A DNA stretch of 64,000 nt from Candidatus Latescibacterota bacterium (lineage in GTDB: Bacteria; Latescibacterota; UBA2968; GCA-2709665), in the NCBI GenBank assembly GCA_963667175.2, contig CAXXXF010000006.1, positions 256,001 through 320,000 on the forward strand, given 5' to 3'. The position numbers were made by a program, and so were the translations under genes. Below the pieces are notes generated by a model. The model was not told the DNA's origin. It saw only the letters and a list, made by a program, of their open reading frames with translations, and searched no databases. Below are positions 39,023 through 48,147 of this stretch, in pieces. Each line of letters starts with the position of its first letter. Positions within the stretch are counted from its first letter, which is position 1.

Positions 39023-39841
39023 TTACGAGTCCGCCGTCAGCGTCAGGGTGTCTTTGCCTTCCAGACCGGCAACCACCGGAAACGTCATTCGGTGAGGCCC
39101 CTTCCTGCCCGGCACGTACCGCACCGACGGTGGAAAGTAGGCATACAGCGCGGTGTGGCGCGGAAACGGCGACGGATTCGGGCCGGACCCGTGAACCGTC
39201 ATTGAGTGAAAGAACACGGCATCGCCCGCGGCCAGCGGCACGTCTGTTCTTTCGGACAGATCCACGTCATCCCGATCGGTCAGCGCCTCGTACTGGCGGC
39301 GGGCGATTCGTCCCCAGGACTGCAGCCCCCACCCGTGGCTGCCGGGCAGCACCTGGATGCACCCGTTTTCGGGGTTGGCATCGGTCAGCGCGATGCTGAC
39401 CGTGACGAGCGCCGGGGGGTTCATCGGCCAGTACGCCGAATCCTGGTGCAACCCATGCGACGACCCATGGAACGCCGGCTTCAGCATCAGCGTACTGCGG
39501 AACAGGAGCAGGTCGGGGCCCAAAAGAGATCCGACGAGGCGAATGAGCCGCGGATGCGCGGCCAGATTCCCGAAGACCTTCGAAAAGACCCGCGTCTGCT
39601 CGATTTTGCGCAGAACCGGCAATCCTTCCCGTGCGGCCGTATCCGCATACGGCTCGAGTTGAAAGTGACGCGCCCCGGGATCGCCGCGGTCCTGCAGATC
39701 GACCGCCAGTCGATGCAGGCGCTCGATCTCCCGCTCACACGCGGCCACTTCGTGGGCGGAAAGCAACGCCCGCGCTACGAGATAGCCGTCTTCTTCGAAT
39801 CGGGTCTTCTGTGCCTGCGGATCCATCTTGACCACGCTCAA
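39023..39841 (-). CDS. Phytanoyl-CoA dioxygenase (PhyH) family Fe(II)/2-oxoglutarate enzyme
   Basis: FEEDGY, HQDSAYW, ENGCIQVLPGSH, GDAVFFH..TVHGS. Confidence 0.93.
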   Translation of the reverse strand: MSVVKMDPQAQKTRFEEDGYLVARALLSAHEVAACEREIERLHRLAVDLQDRGDPGARHFQLEPYADTAAREGLPVLRKIEQTRVFSKVFGNLAAHPRLIRLVGSLLGPDLLLFRSTLMLKPAFHGSSHGLHQDSAYWPMNPPALVTVSIALTDANPENGCIQVLPGSHGWGLQSWGRIARRQYEALTDRDDVDLSERTDVPLAAGDAVFFHSMTVHGSGPNPSPFPRHTALYAYFPPSVRYVPGRKGPHRMTFPVVAGLEGKDTLTLTADS

Positions 39842-40010
39842 TTGGGGTTGCGGGCTGCGTCAACAGAACCGTACAAAACGAAACCGCCTCTGTCAAACAC
39901 AAAACCGGGAGACGGTCAGCGAATCCGGATACCTTGTCCATTTTCGGAACCCGGTTTCAGGACCGGGAGTTCCAATCTGACACCTCACGCGTCGTCGCGT
40001 TCTCAATCCC

Positions 40011-40055
40011 GTGTGTCTTGTTGACACTTGTTGTTCAGGTGTGTATATTACACAC
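40011..40055 (+). promoter_or_regulatory. hicAB promoter with two palindromic operators
   Basis: TTGACA (40021)-17 nt-TATATT; GTGTC-ttgtt-GACAC over the -35 and GTGTGTA-tat-TACACAC over the -10. Confidence 0.75.
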
Positions 40056-40056
40056 T

Positions 40057-40251
40057 ATGACGAGTGCCGATATCATTCGGAAGTTGAAGCAGGACGGGTG
40101 GGTACTCAGGAATACGAAGGGAAGCCACCATCAGTTCACACATTCCGAGAAGCATGGCCGGGTAACCGTCAAGCATCCAAGCAAAGACATTCCCATCGGA
40201 ACATTGCGTAACATCTACAGACAAGCCAGGTGGCAATGGGAGGACCGCTGA
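40057..40251 (+). CDS. hicA: HicA family mRNA interferase toxin
   Basis: LKQDGW, KGSHHQF, GRVTVKHP, DIPIGTLRNI. Confidence 0.93.
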   Translation: MTSADIIRKLKQDGWVLRNTKGSHHQFTHSEKHGRVTVKHPSKDIPIGTLRNIYRQARWQWEDR

Positions 40252-40673
40252 TGCAATTTCCAGTTGCAATTCACAAGGATTCCGGCGCCGGATATGGCGT
40301 TACGGTGCCGGACCTGCCGGGCTGCTTCTCGGCGGGAGATACCCTCGAAGAAGCGATATATTCTGCAAAAGAGGCCATCGCCTGTCACGTCGAGGGTCTG
40401 TTGTTGGACGGGGCGCCCATACCGGAGCGAGCACCCATCGAGACCCATCGGGCTCGGGAGGGCAATGACGCGACGTGGGCACTCGTGGCCGTCGACGTAT
40501 CCAGGCTATCGGGCGCAACCCGGAGAGTCAACATTACCATGCCCGCGCGCGTGCTGGCGATTGTCGACGAGGCCGCGGCACGGGAGGGGGAATCTCGATC
40601 CGGCCTGATCGCTCGCGCCGCCCTCAGCTATATTCAGCAACGACCGGTTGGCGTCGAACAACCCGAATCCTGA
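40251..40673 (+). CDS. hicB: HicB family antitoxin
   Basis: VTVPDLPGCFSAGDTLEEA, C-terminal RVNITMP ribbon-helix-helix; TGATG coupling to hicA. Confidence 0.93.
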   Translation: MQFPVAIHKDSGAGYGVTVPDLPGCFSAGDTLEEAIYSAKEAIACHVEGLLLDGAPIPERAPIETHRAREGNDATWALVAVDVSRLSGATRRVNITMPARVLAIVDEAAAREGESRSGLIARAALSYIQQRPVGVEQPES

Positions 40674-40714
40674 GTTTCGACCAAGAAAGGGCTCCAATCC
40701 TTTCGCATGCGGCC

Positions 40715-42907
40715 TCAACCCGGATTCAGGGCAAGCCAGGATCTCAACGCCGGCGCCTGCGGGTGGTTCGGCGCCAGGTCCAGCACTTTTCTGAAATTGA
40801 CGCGGGTCTTCCGCACGTCCCCTAACGTGTGGTAGACAACGCCCAGGTTGTAATATCCCTCCGCGTACCTGGGGTCCAGGTCCACGGCTTTCTCGTACGC
40901 GGATATCGCCCGCTGATGGTCCCCCAGGCCGTGGTATGCGTTTCCAAGATTCGCATGCGCCCTGGAATAATCCGGCTTCAGCGTTATGGCTTTTCGATAG
41001 GCCGCCACGGCCGCGTCGAACCGTCCCGTTCTGTAGTAAAGATCGCCGACGTTGTAGTAGGCCGCCACGAACCGCGGATTCAATCGGATCGCAGTCTCGA
41101 AAAATCCCGCCGCTTTTTCATATTCCCTCAGGCCGTACCAGGCGTTGCCTGCCTGGAAGTGGGCTTCCGCGAAGTCCGGCTTAAGGGCGATCACCCTCTC
41201 GAAGTTGGCGATTGCCCGATTGTAGTTTCCGGTATCGTAATATACGTTGCCCAGGTTGTAGTAGGCCTCCGCGAAATCCGGCTTCAGCGCAATGACCTTG
41301 TCGAAGTAAGAAACCGCTCGATCATACCGTTTCATTTCATAGTTCAAATTGCCGAGATTGTAATATCCGCCCGAGAATTCCGAATCGACTTCAATAACCT
41401 TTTCGTACGCGCGAATCGCCTGGGCGCTTCTCCCGTGGTCCCTGTGGTAGACCGCGAGCGTTTCCCATCCGTGGGACCTGGCGTGCGCCGATAGATGCCT
41501 CCCTTCCAGGTGGGTCGAAAACCGCGTTTCGGCGGATGAAACTTCCGCGTTGGCGCCAATCCATAACAGCGTGTGCAGGGCCGCGGCCGCGCAGACCAAT
41601 CCCGCGGAATTGGCGGAGATCCGCCGGTCTCGAAGCTCACGGACAACCGTGAGCGCGGTCCAAAGCGTAAGAGGCAAGGCAGAAAAGGCGAACACGTCCC
41701 AATCCCTGAAAGCGCCGAGTTCCGGATTGGCGACAACGGTGAACAAAACCGGAAACAGCGCGGCAACCAGAACAAACTGCCGATCGGACCCGCGAGGCCA
41801 ACCTCTGTTCCGGCACAGAAGCAGGACCATCAGAAAAGACGGCGCAACGAGGACGTATTGATTCACGAAATCGGACAGCTTGCCAATCGAGAACAACCTG
41901 TAGTGCTGCTTGGGGCCGGGTTCCGCAAACAGGTTCAGAATATAGAACCCCTGTCGTTTCTGCAGATACGCGACCAGATCGAATTGGATCAACAGAAGCG
42001 CGCCGAAGAAGACGATCCCGCTCAACAGAACGGCGAGCGCCGCATTCGCGGCCGACCGGCCGCGCGTTGCCGAACCGGAGGTCCCGTCCGCCCGGACTTT
42101 GAGTATTGCCAGCGCCAGCAGGGAGGGCGCGAGCGTCATCATCGTAATGTGGAGCGCCATCAGCACGCCGAGCAACGCCGCGGGCGCCCACAACGCCGCC
42201 CGGCCTTCGATCGCCCGGATGCCCAGGAGCAGGTACAGCAGCATGAACGGGAACAGGAACGCGTAATTTTCGACGTACGCGAAAAAAAGCTGCATGTATC
42301 CGGCCCCGAGCAGAAAAGCCACGATCAGAAATCGCTCAAGGGCGTCCTTTCCCAGGACCCTCGCGGCATACCTGACGGCAACCAGATACAGGATTCCGGA
42401 CGCGCAGCTGAATACCCGATACGTGGTCTCGGCGGAATCCCAGATCGGCGCGCCCGCTCTATGGAGTCCGCGGATGATCCGGAACGTCAGCGGCGCGCGG
42501 TCCGTTCTTGGGATTTCCGACCAGAAATCATCCAGTTCCCGCATCAGCATGATCCCGTCGCCGAGCAAATGCACCGCGGAACGCATGCCCCAGAAAACCA
42601 GAAGCCCACCGAACAGCAGGAGGCACCAGGACGTCGCGGTTTTCAAGAGGCCGTTACCGCGTCCGCATAACCGGGCGAGCGCCGACGTCCACCGCCCCAG
42701 CCGGTTCCGGGCGGCCAGGGATAGCAGGGCCACACTCAACAGAACGAATATCGTCCGGGCCCCGCCGCCCTGAAACCGCAGAAAGTCGGCGCCCCAGACC
42801 GGCACGGGCTGCCAGTAGGCGAACAGCACGTGCATGCCCAGAAAGAGCCCCACCACAGCGATGGACTTAGCGGATTCCGTTCGGCCTTCTTCGCGTCGCA
42901 TATCCAC
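40715..42907 (-). CDS. Polytopic membrane protein with C-terminal TPR array (GT-C-like)
   Basis: Many hydrophobic helices with LLGDG, YVENY, RDWD loop motifs followed by about 7 YYNLG TPRs. Confidence 0.75.
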   Translation of the reverse strand: MDMRREEGRTESAKSIAVVGLFLGMHVLFAYWQPVPVWGADFLRFQGGGARTIFVLLSVALLSLAARNRLGRWTSALARLCGRGNGLLKTATSWCLLLFGGLLVFWGMRSAVHLLGDGIMLMRELDDFWSEIPRTDRAPLTFRIIRGLHRAGAPIWDSAETTYRVFSCASGILYLVAVRYAARVLGKDALERFLIVAFLLGAGYMQLFFAYVENYAFLFPFMLLYLLLGIRAIEGRAALWAPAALLGVLMALHITMMTLAPSLLALAILKVRADGTSGSATRGRSAANAALAVLLSGIVFFGALLLIQFDLVAYLQKRQGFYILNLFAEPGPKQHYRLFSIGKLSDFVNQYVLVAPSFLMVLLLCRNRGWPRGSDRQFVLVAALFPVLFTVVANPELGAFRDWDVFAFSALPLTLWTALTVVRELRDRRISANSAGLVCAAAALHTLLWIGANAEVSSAETRFSTHLEGRHLSAHARSHGWETLAVYHRDHGRSAQAIRAYEKVIEVDSEFSGGYYNLGNLNYEMKRYDRAVSYFDKVIALKPDFAEAYYNLGNVYYDTGNYNRAIANFERVIALKPDFAEAHFQAGNAWYGLREYEKAAGFFETAIRLNPRFVAAYYNVGDLYYRTGRFDAAVAAYRKAITLKPDYSRAHANLGNAYHGLGDHQRAISAYEKAVDLDPRYAEGYYNLGVVYHTLGDVRKTRVNFRKVLDLAPNHPQAPALRSWLALNPG

Positions 42908-42935
42908 CCACTCTCAAGCCAGGTCGAAGCAACTG

Positions 42936-43064
42936 AAAAAAACATCAGAAACTACGAAACACGCGAAAAAGCGCGAAAAAAACACGAGAAAAACCGAAAA
43001 GCACGTCAAAGGCGCGAGAAAACGAGTAACGGCAGAGAATCAATTCACCATAGACCGTACGTCG
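42936..43064. repeat. Strand-asymmetric modular repeat, copy A
   Basis: aacatcagaaactacgaaacacgcgaaa head shared with copies B and C; aacgagtaac...aatcaat.caccatagaccg tail shared with copy C. Confidence 0.8.
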
Positions 43065-45596
43065 TCACTCCCGCCACCGAACGAACCGTGGACCGACCAA
43101 TACCGCCGCCGCGGCCAGCAATAACGTCACGTCGACGATCAGAAGGGAGAATCTCAGCGTCGACAGCCTGGGCTCCAGTACGATCCGGCTCTCGCCAGGA
43201 TCGAGTTTCAGCGCCACAAAGTGACCGGCTGTCGTATACGCCCGCGCGTCGCGTCCGTTTACGGTAACCCGCTGGTGGGGATAGGCCGTGTATGCCAGCC
43301 GCGCAAAACAGGCTTCGCTGGTATGCACGACCAGTTCGACCCGCTGATTCCAAACCCGATGGGCGAGGACCTTCACCCGCGGCGACGTGCCCAGGTCTTC
43401 CGTCGCGTCTGCGTCGGCGAGAAGAATCTGCCCGCACGTTCGGTTCTGCGTATCGACTTCCATGGCCTGAATCAACTTCACAAAATCGCTCAGCGCACGG
43501 CTCTGCATCCTGCGCGCTTCACGTTCATCGACGTCCGAGCCGGACCGGGCGCGCGCCCTGTCCAGCTCCCGGACGGGATAGGACCATCCCGAGATCTTCG
43601 ACGACACGACGACGGGACTGGCTTCAGGAAATTCCCTGTGGAAAATGCGGTCCTGCTCCGAAGCGGAATACAGCAGGTGGCGCGTGTTCATCAGGAAGAG
43701 CCCAACTTGGATCACGTCGAACCCCGGCATTTCACTCAGGGCCGCGTTCTCTTCCAGGCGCTGCAGCGACAGGTGAAGCACGTCCTGGAAACGCCGGACA
43801 AAGGCCGGTATCGACAGCGGGTACTGCGTGAACGTATCCAGAGGCGTCGCGAAGCCAGTCTGAAGCGCCAGCCATGGAATGATGAAGTGGTAGTAGATCT
43901 TATTCGTCGTATGGAAAAGGCGGTAACCGGGAAGCTGCCCGTCGCCGTAGGCTTCAAGCTCTTCCCGGAACCGTTCGTATACGGGATGGTGTTGTAAAGG
44001 AAGCGGTTTCACAAGCGGCCAGGCGTTCGGATCCCGCCGCAGGTCCTGCAAGGCGCGAGGGCCGACGTTCAAAACCGAGCCAGCGGACCGGTACGGCTGT
44101 TGAAAGGTGGTTGGCCCCAGGTCCGCCAGGATCACCACGAGAACGGCCACGAAGACCCCGACGGGGCGTTTCCGTCCCATTGCGCGCGCGGCCGCAAACA
44201 ACCCCACGAGCACGGCGACGAAGAACACCACAAACAGCAGGTAGCGTGAGGCGTTCATCGCCTGCACCACCCCCATGGACGTGAGCACAGGCCATCGGTA
44301 CCCGAAAACCAGCAACAGCGATCCGGCCAGGCAAAGGCCAACCGGAATTCCCGCAGCGCGCACTCCCGCGCGTTCGCTCCGGACAATCCGTACCAGCGCC
44401 CACAACGCAATCGCGACCAGACTTACCCCGAGATATCCTCCGTACCAGTGGTCCTGGGCCTGAAAGAGCCGGAACCGGTAGTTGGACCAGAACAGCAGAT
44501 GCCGCCAGGTGGGCATGGGAAACTCGGACATGTAGAATCCCGCGTGAAGTCCCGTCAATCCCCGTTCCAGGTACATCGGTACCGTCAGATAAGTCCCCAG
44601 CAACGCGCCCCCCCCGAAGAGCAGCAGACCGTGTCGAATCGAGAACGGCGTGTCTTCGCGAGGGGTCATTCGGTACCTGGCGATTGCATACACCCCGAGA
44701 AACGCGGTTGCCCAGAAGCCGTAACCCGGATGGGTAAAATGAAGACAGCTCAGCGCCAGGCCGCCGCCCACGCCCTGGGCCAGCCGGTTCGGATGATTCC
44801 GCAGTCCCTCCCAGAAGTAGAACGGCAACGGCAGAAGGGCATAGAACAACGACAGCGGCAGCCTGCCCATAATGAGGACCTGCTGCGTATGCCAGAAACT
44901 CAATACGTACGCAATCCCCGCCGCGAAACCGGCCGGGCGCGAACCCGTCAGCCGCCGGACGAAGAGGTACGCTGCGAGCCCGGACAGGGCGTGGGCGGCG
45001 CCGAGCACGAACTTGATCGACGAAAACGGCGCCTGGAAGGCCAGATTCACCAGCCCGACCAGGTAGTAGAACAGGAAGCCGTAGAATTGCAGGTAGGGCG
45101 TGCCGTTGCAGAAGTAGTGGGTCCAGATCGGGACCTCGCCCTGTGCCATCGACGTTGCCGCCAGCCAGGCGTAGGTCACGTGCAGATAGGTGTCGGCGCC
45201 ATGGGCGAATTCCCCTTCAGCAAAATAAAAACGAACCAGAATCAGACTCCCCGCAACGAGGAGCAGGACCGTTCGCTTTTCGCTTGCGAAAATATGGTCG
45301 AAAAACACCGAGAGCCGCCGCTTGCGCCACTCCAGAAAGACCAGCAGCGATCCCACCGCCAGGATCAGAAACAGCAGCGACGCGTCCATCGCGTTGAACT
45401 TCACGAACCGCGAAACGACTGCGAGAAAGCCCTGAAGACTCTGATACCTGAGTCCCGGTCGAAGAACACTGAATTTATCCAGCGTCACGTACTGAAAGAT
45501 AATCAGCAGCCCCGCCAGCAACGCCAGCAGGGCCGACACGTCCACGGGCCATCCGGTGTTTTTGCGTCCCTCAGGCCGTTTCAATTCGTACTCCAC
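43065..45596 (-). CDS. Large membrane protein, PTPS-related / YfhO-like GT-C glycosyltransferase family
   Basis: ADTYLH, PIWTHYFCNGTPYLQFYG, multiple TM helices, RYL, YfhO-like C-terminus (AYPHQRVTVNG...VLEPR + TM). Confidence 0.72.
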   Translation of the reverse strand: MEYELKRPEGRKNTGWPVDVSALLALLAGLLIIFQYVTLDKFSVLRPGLRYQSLQGFLAVVSRFVKFNAMDASLLFLILAVGSLLVFLEWRKRRLSVFFDHIFASEKRTVLLLVAGSLILVRFYFAEGEFAHGADTYLHVTYAWLAATSMAQGEVPIWTHYFCNGTPYLQFYGFLFYYLVGLVNLAFQAPFSSIKFVLGAAHALSGLAAYLFVRRLTGSRPAGFAAGIAYVLSFWHTQQVLIMGRLPLSLFYALLPLPFYFWEGLRNHPNRLAQGVGGGLALSCLHFTHPGYGFWATAFLGVYAIARYRMTPREDTPFSIRHGLLLFGGGALLGTYLTVPMYLERGLTGLHAGFYMSEFPMPTWRHLLFWSNYRFRLFQAQDHWYGGYLGVSLVAIALWALVRIVRSERAGVRAAGIPVGLCLAGSLLLVFGYRWPVLTSMGVVQAMNASRYLLFVVFFVAVLVGLFAAARAMGRKRPVGVFVAVLVVILADLGPTTFQQPYRSAGSVLNVGPRALQDLRRDPNAWPLVKPLPLQHHPVYERFREELEAYGDGQLPGYRLFHTTNKIYYHFIIPWLALQTGFATPLDTFTQYPLSIPAFVRRFQDVLHLSLQRLEENAALSEMPGFDVIQVGLFLMNTRHLLYSASEQDRIFHREFPEASPVVVSSKISGWSYPVRELDRARARSGSDVDEREARRMQSRALSDFVKLIQAMEVDTQNRTCGQILLADADATEDLGTSPRVKVLAHRVWNQRVELVVHTSEACFARLAYTAYPHQRVTVNGRDARAYTTAGHFVALKLDPGESRIVLEPRLSTLRFSLLIVDVTLLLAAAAVLVGPRFVRWRE

Positions 45597-45667
45597 GTTT
45601 GTCTGCCAGGTATCCGCCGAGGCGAGTTAAGAACGCAATCGATGTTCGCCGGCTCACGACGTGGACT

Positions 45668-46306
45668 CTATTCGAAAGAGATCCCCACTCGAGCTGGGAA
45701 GAGTTGCGTGCTTCCCCGCTCTCCTGTTGTAAAACCCACTTCAAAGCGACCTTCAAAAAACAGATGCACCCGGTCCGTCAACCTGATATCGATGCCCGCG
45801 CCCGCGTTGACCGCAAACCCGGTGGCGGACAACCCGTCAACCTGAAATACCTGGCCGCCAACCTCGAAAACTTCGATGTCGACTTCGGAATAGGACAGAA
45901 TTCCCAGTCCGGCAACCCCATAAGGCACGGCTCTGACGTCCAGATCGTCCGAATCGATGGTCTTGGTATATTTCATACTGGCGAACGCGCTGAAGAGATG
46001 TTTCTCCCCGCCTTTTGTATCTGCGACCACGCCGAGGGCATCGTTTTCCGCCTTGAATTTGCCTTCATCGAATCCGAAACGGGCGTAGCCCAACCGGCCC
46101 TGAACGGCCAGGCTGGGATGAATGAAGTACTCCGCTCCCACGCCCACGCCGAGGCCGGGATACCAGACCTCCGACAGTGAACCGGATGCGGGCGCAGCGA
46201 TTCCTGCCGTCACAAAATAGATCGGCTTCTGCTGCGCCGTCGCGTCGCCCGCCCACCCGCCGGCCAATAACTGTGCTGCAACAAGAACCGAAAGCCCTCT
46301 AATCAC
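45668..46306 (-). CDS. Outer membrane beta-barrel protein (8-strand OmpA-like)
   Basis: AAGGAGG RBS before GTG 46306, signal peptide, alternating beta strands, VPYGVAGLG, NAGAGID, C-terminal RVGISFE. Confidence 0.8.
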   Translation of the reverse strand: MIRGLSVLVAAQLLAGGWAGDATAQQKPIYFVTAGIAAPASGSLSEVWYPGLGVGVGAEYFIHPSLAVQGRLGYARFGFDEGKFKAENDALGVVADTKGGEKHLFSAFASMKYTKTIDSDDLDVRAVPYGVAGLGILSYSEVDIEVFEVGGQVFQVDGLSATGFAVNAGAGIDIRLTDRVHLFFEGRFEVGFTTGERGSTQLFPARVGISFE

Positions 46307-46410
46307 AAAGGCCCTCCTTTTTTCCGGCGTCCATCTACCAACATCAAAAAGCGAAGTTTGCTTTGTGTCGCAAATCATGCCGCACGGTTTCCGCGACCAT
46401 GGGTGAGCAT

Positions 46411-46510
46411 GGGCAGGTTTGAAACCTGCCCCTACGGATTGTGCATCCAACCGAAATTCGATCGTTCATCAAGACAGACTACGTGAGCAGACAAGAATGT
46501 CTGCCCCACC
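46411..46510. repeat. Two REP-like palindromes
   Basis: gggcaggtttgaaacctgcccctac (46411-46435) and gcagacaagaatgtctgccccacc (46487-46510). Confidence 0.65.
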
Positions 46511-46634
46511 CTCGTGTTCTGTCCGGGATCGAATTCTTCCTGGCGATGAACAGACGGCGCCTGGCTATTGGCTTACGGCCCCCAGTTCCCCTGTATCAGA
46601 GGACCAAGAATAGCCACAGAAGGGCCGTCATCTC

Positions 46635-46661
46635 CGTCTCACGTCTCACGTCTCCCGTCTA
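46635..46661. repeat. Heptamer tandem repeat
   Basis: cgtctca cgtctca cgtctcc cgtcta. Confidence 0.65.
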
Positions 46662-47993
46662 ACCGCTTTCCTGCAGCCTGCGCCAACCCTGGAGGATGGA
46701 CGGGATCATCTCTACGGGTTGCCCTGCCTTGCAGAACACGGCCCACAGCACGTCCCACACCCGCGGATGCCATTGGCACAGATCGATCCAGTCCGCGCAC
46801 GGCGTGCTGTCCCCTTCCTTCCGGTCCACGCGCCCGCCGATGACCGGGTCATCCAGCGACCCGTTCCACATCTGATCCAGCAGGGTATGCGCGAACCGCT
46901 TCATATCGGCGATATTGAATACCACGCCGCGCCGGCAGGCGTCGACGGCGAATCCGACGTCGATCCGCCCGTGACTCGTATCTTCGATGGCGCTGTGACC
47001 GTGTTCGCCGGCCTCGAACCAGTCCCAATAGTACCAGGTATAGGCCCTGCCCGTCTTCCAGAGATGCCGCTTGAAATTCCTCGCCATCCGCTGCGCCCGA
47101 TCCGCAAACAGGGGTTTCCGCGACACGCTCTGAAGCGACAGGTACGCCCGGGCCAGCGAGAGATACTGATTGTGCGGCATCATCCGGTTCGGAAACCGTT
47201 CCGTCATCCAGGGAGAAAACCGGTACCCGCCGGACGCGGGAGATGCATCCACCCAGTCCCGCTCGTGCTTGTCGGCGATCTGCTGCCCGATAAAACGCAG
47301 GTACTCGCGTGCGCTGTCTCCGAACGTCGCCTTCAACTCCGCATGCTTCAAGGCGTGCTCGACAAAGCGGCTCACCGGATGCAGAAACATCCCCTGGTGG
47401 ACGATATACTCCAGCGGCTCGCCGGCGAAGACCTGAACCCAGAACCGGTCTCCCGCGCGCGCCGCGCCCTCGATGCTGATCTTGAACGGCGCGAAACCGT
47501 CCAGCGTCGATCCGGGCCGAAAGCGGCCGCCGGCCAACTCCTTCCTCGTTCCGTATTCCTGCACGGCGTACCGCCGCCCGGGGAGAATCTCCACCACGCG
47601 AAGCGTATCCCGCGCCATGTCGCCGCCCCGGATCACCCACACCCGTTCCTCCTCGGGTGTGATGCGCGCCGTACCCCGGTTGTGCATCGACCCCGTTCTC
47701 ACCAGCGCCACGGAATAGGTCGGCGTGACCCAGGTCGCGTGATCGTCGGCAAAGTGGTCCTGCCTTGTGGCAATCATCCGGTCGAAATGGTCCACGATTC
47801 TTTCCAGCCATCCCGAATCGCCGGTTGATTCGTAGAGCTTCACGTACGCATCCAGAAATCCGCTCTCACCCCATCCCAGGCTCCCGGAATCCGGATTATC
47901 GGACTGGCCCTTGCCTTGGTTGTGTGATCGGTCATAAGCTGCGAATCTCTCGACCAGTTCGTCGCGATCATACGGAGCGGCACTCCCGCTCAT
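46659..47993 (-). CDS. Hypothetical protein, possible (alpha/alpha)6 barrel carbohydrate-active fold
   Basis: 444-aa ORF with GGAGG RBS; YVKLYESTGD..WLE, PHNQ, WYYW, EDTSH motifs. Confidence 0.65.
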   Translation of the reverse strand: MSGSAAPYDRDELVERFAAYDRSHNQGKGQSDNPDSGSLGWGESGFLDAYVKLYESTGDSGWLERIVDHFDRMIATRQDHFADDHATWVTPTYSVALVRTGSMHNRGTARITPEEERVWVIRGGDMARDTLRVVEILPGRRYAVQEYGTRKELAGGRFRPGSTLDGFAPFKISIEGAARAGDRFWVQVFAGEPLEYIVHQGMFLHPVSRFVEHALKHAELKATFGDSAREYLRFIGQQIADKHERDWVDASPASGGYRFSPWMTERFPNRMMPHNQYLSLARAYLSLQSVSRKPLFADRAQRMARNFKRHLWKTGRAYTWYYWDWFEAGEHGHSAIEDTSHGRIDVGFAVDACRRGVVFNIADMKRFAHTLLDQMWNGSLDDPVIGGRVDRKEGDSTPCADWIDLCQWHPRVWDVLWAVFCKAGQPVEMIPSILQGWRRLQESG

Positions 47994-48147
47994 ATCTGCC
48001 TCCAGTTCTTGCGCTCTTCAGCGACTCGTCCGCAGCTGCCAGATCAAACCTGTCGTGAAATGAGAATGGACGCGCCTGACGCACGTCCATTGCGTATCTG
48101 AGAACACGTTAAATTACTGCGGATTTTTAGCGTTCCAAACACGGCTG

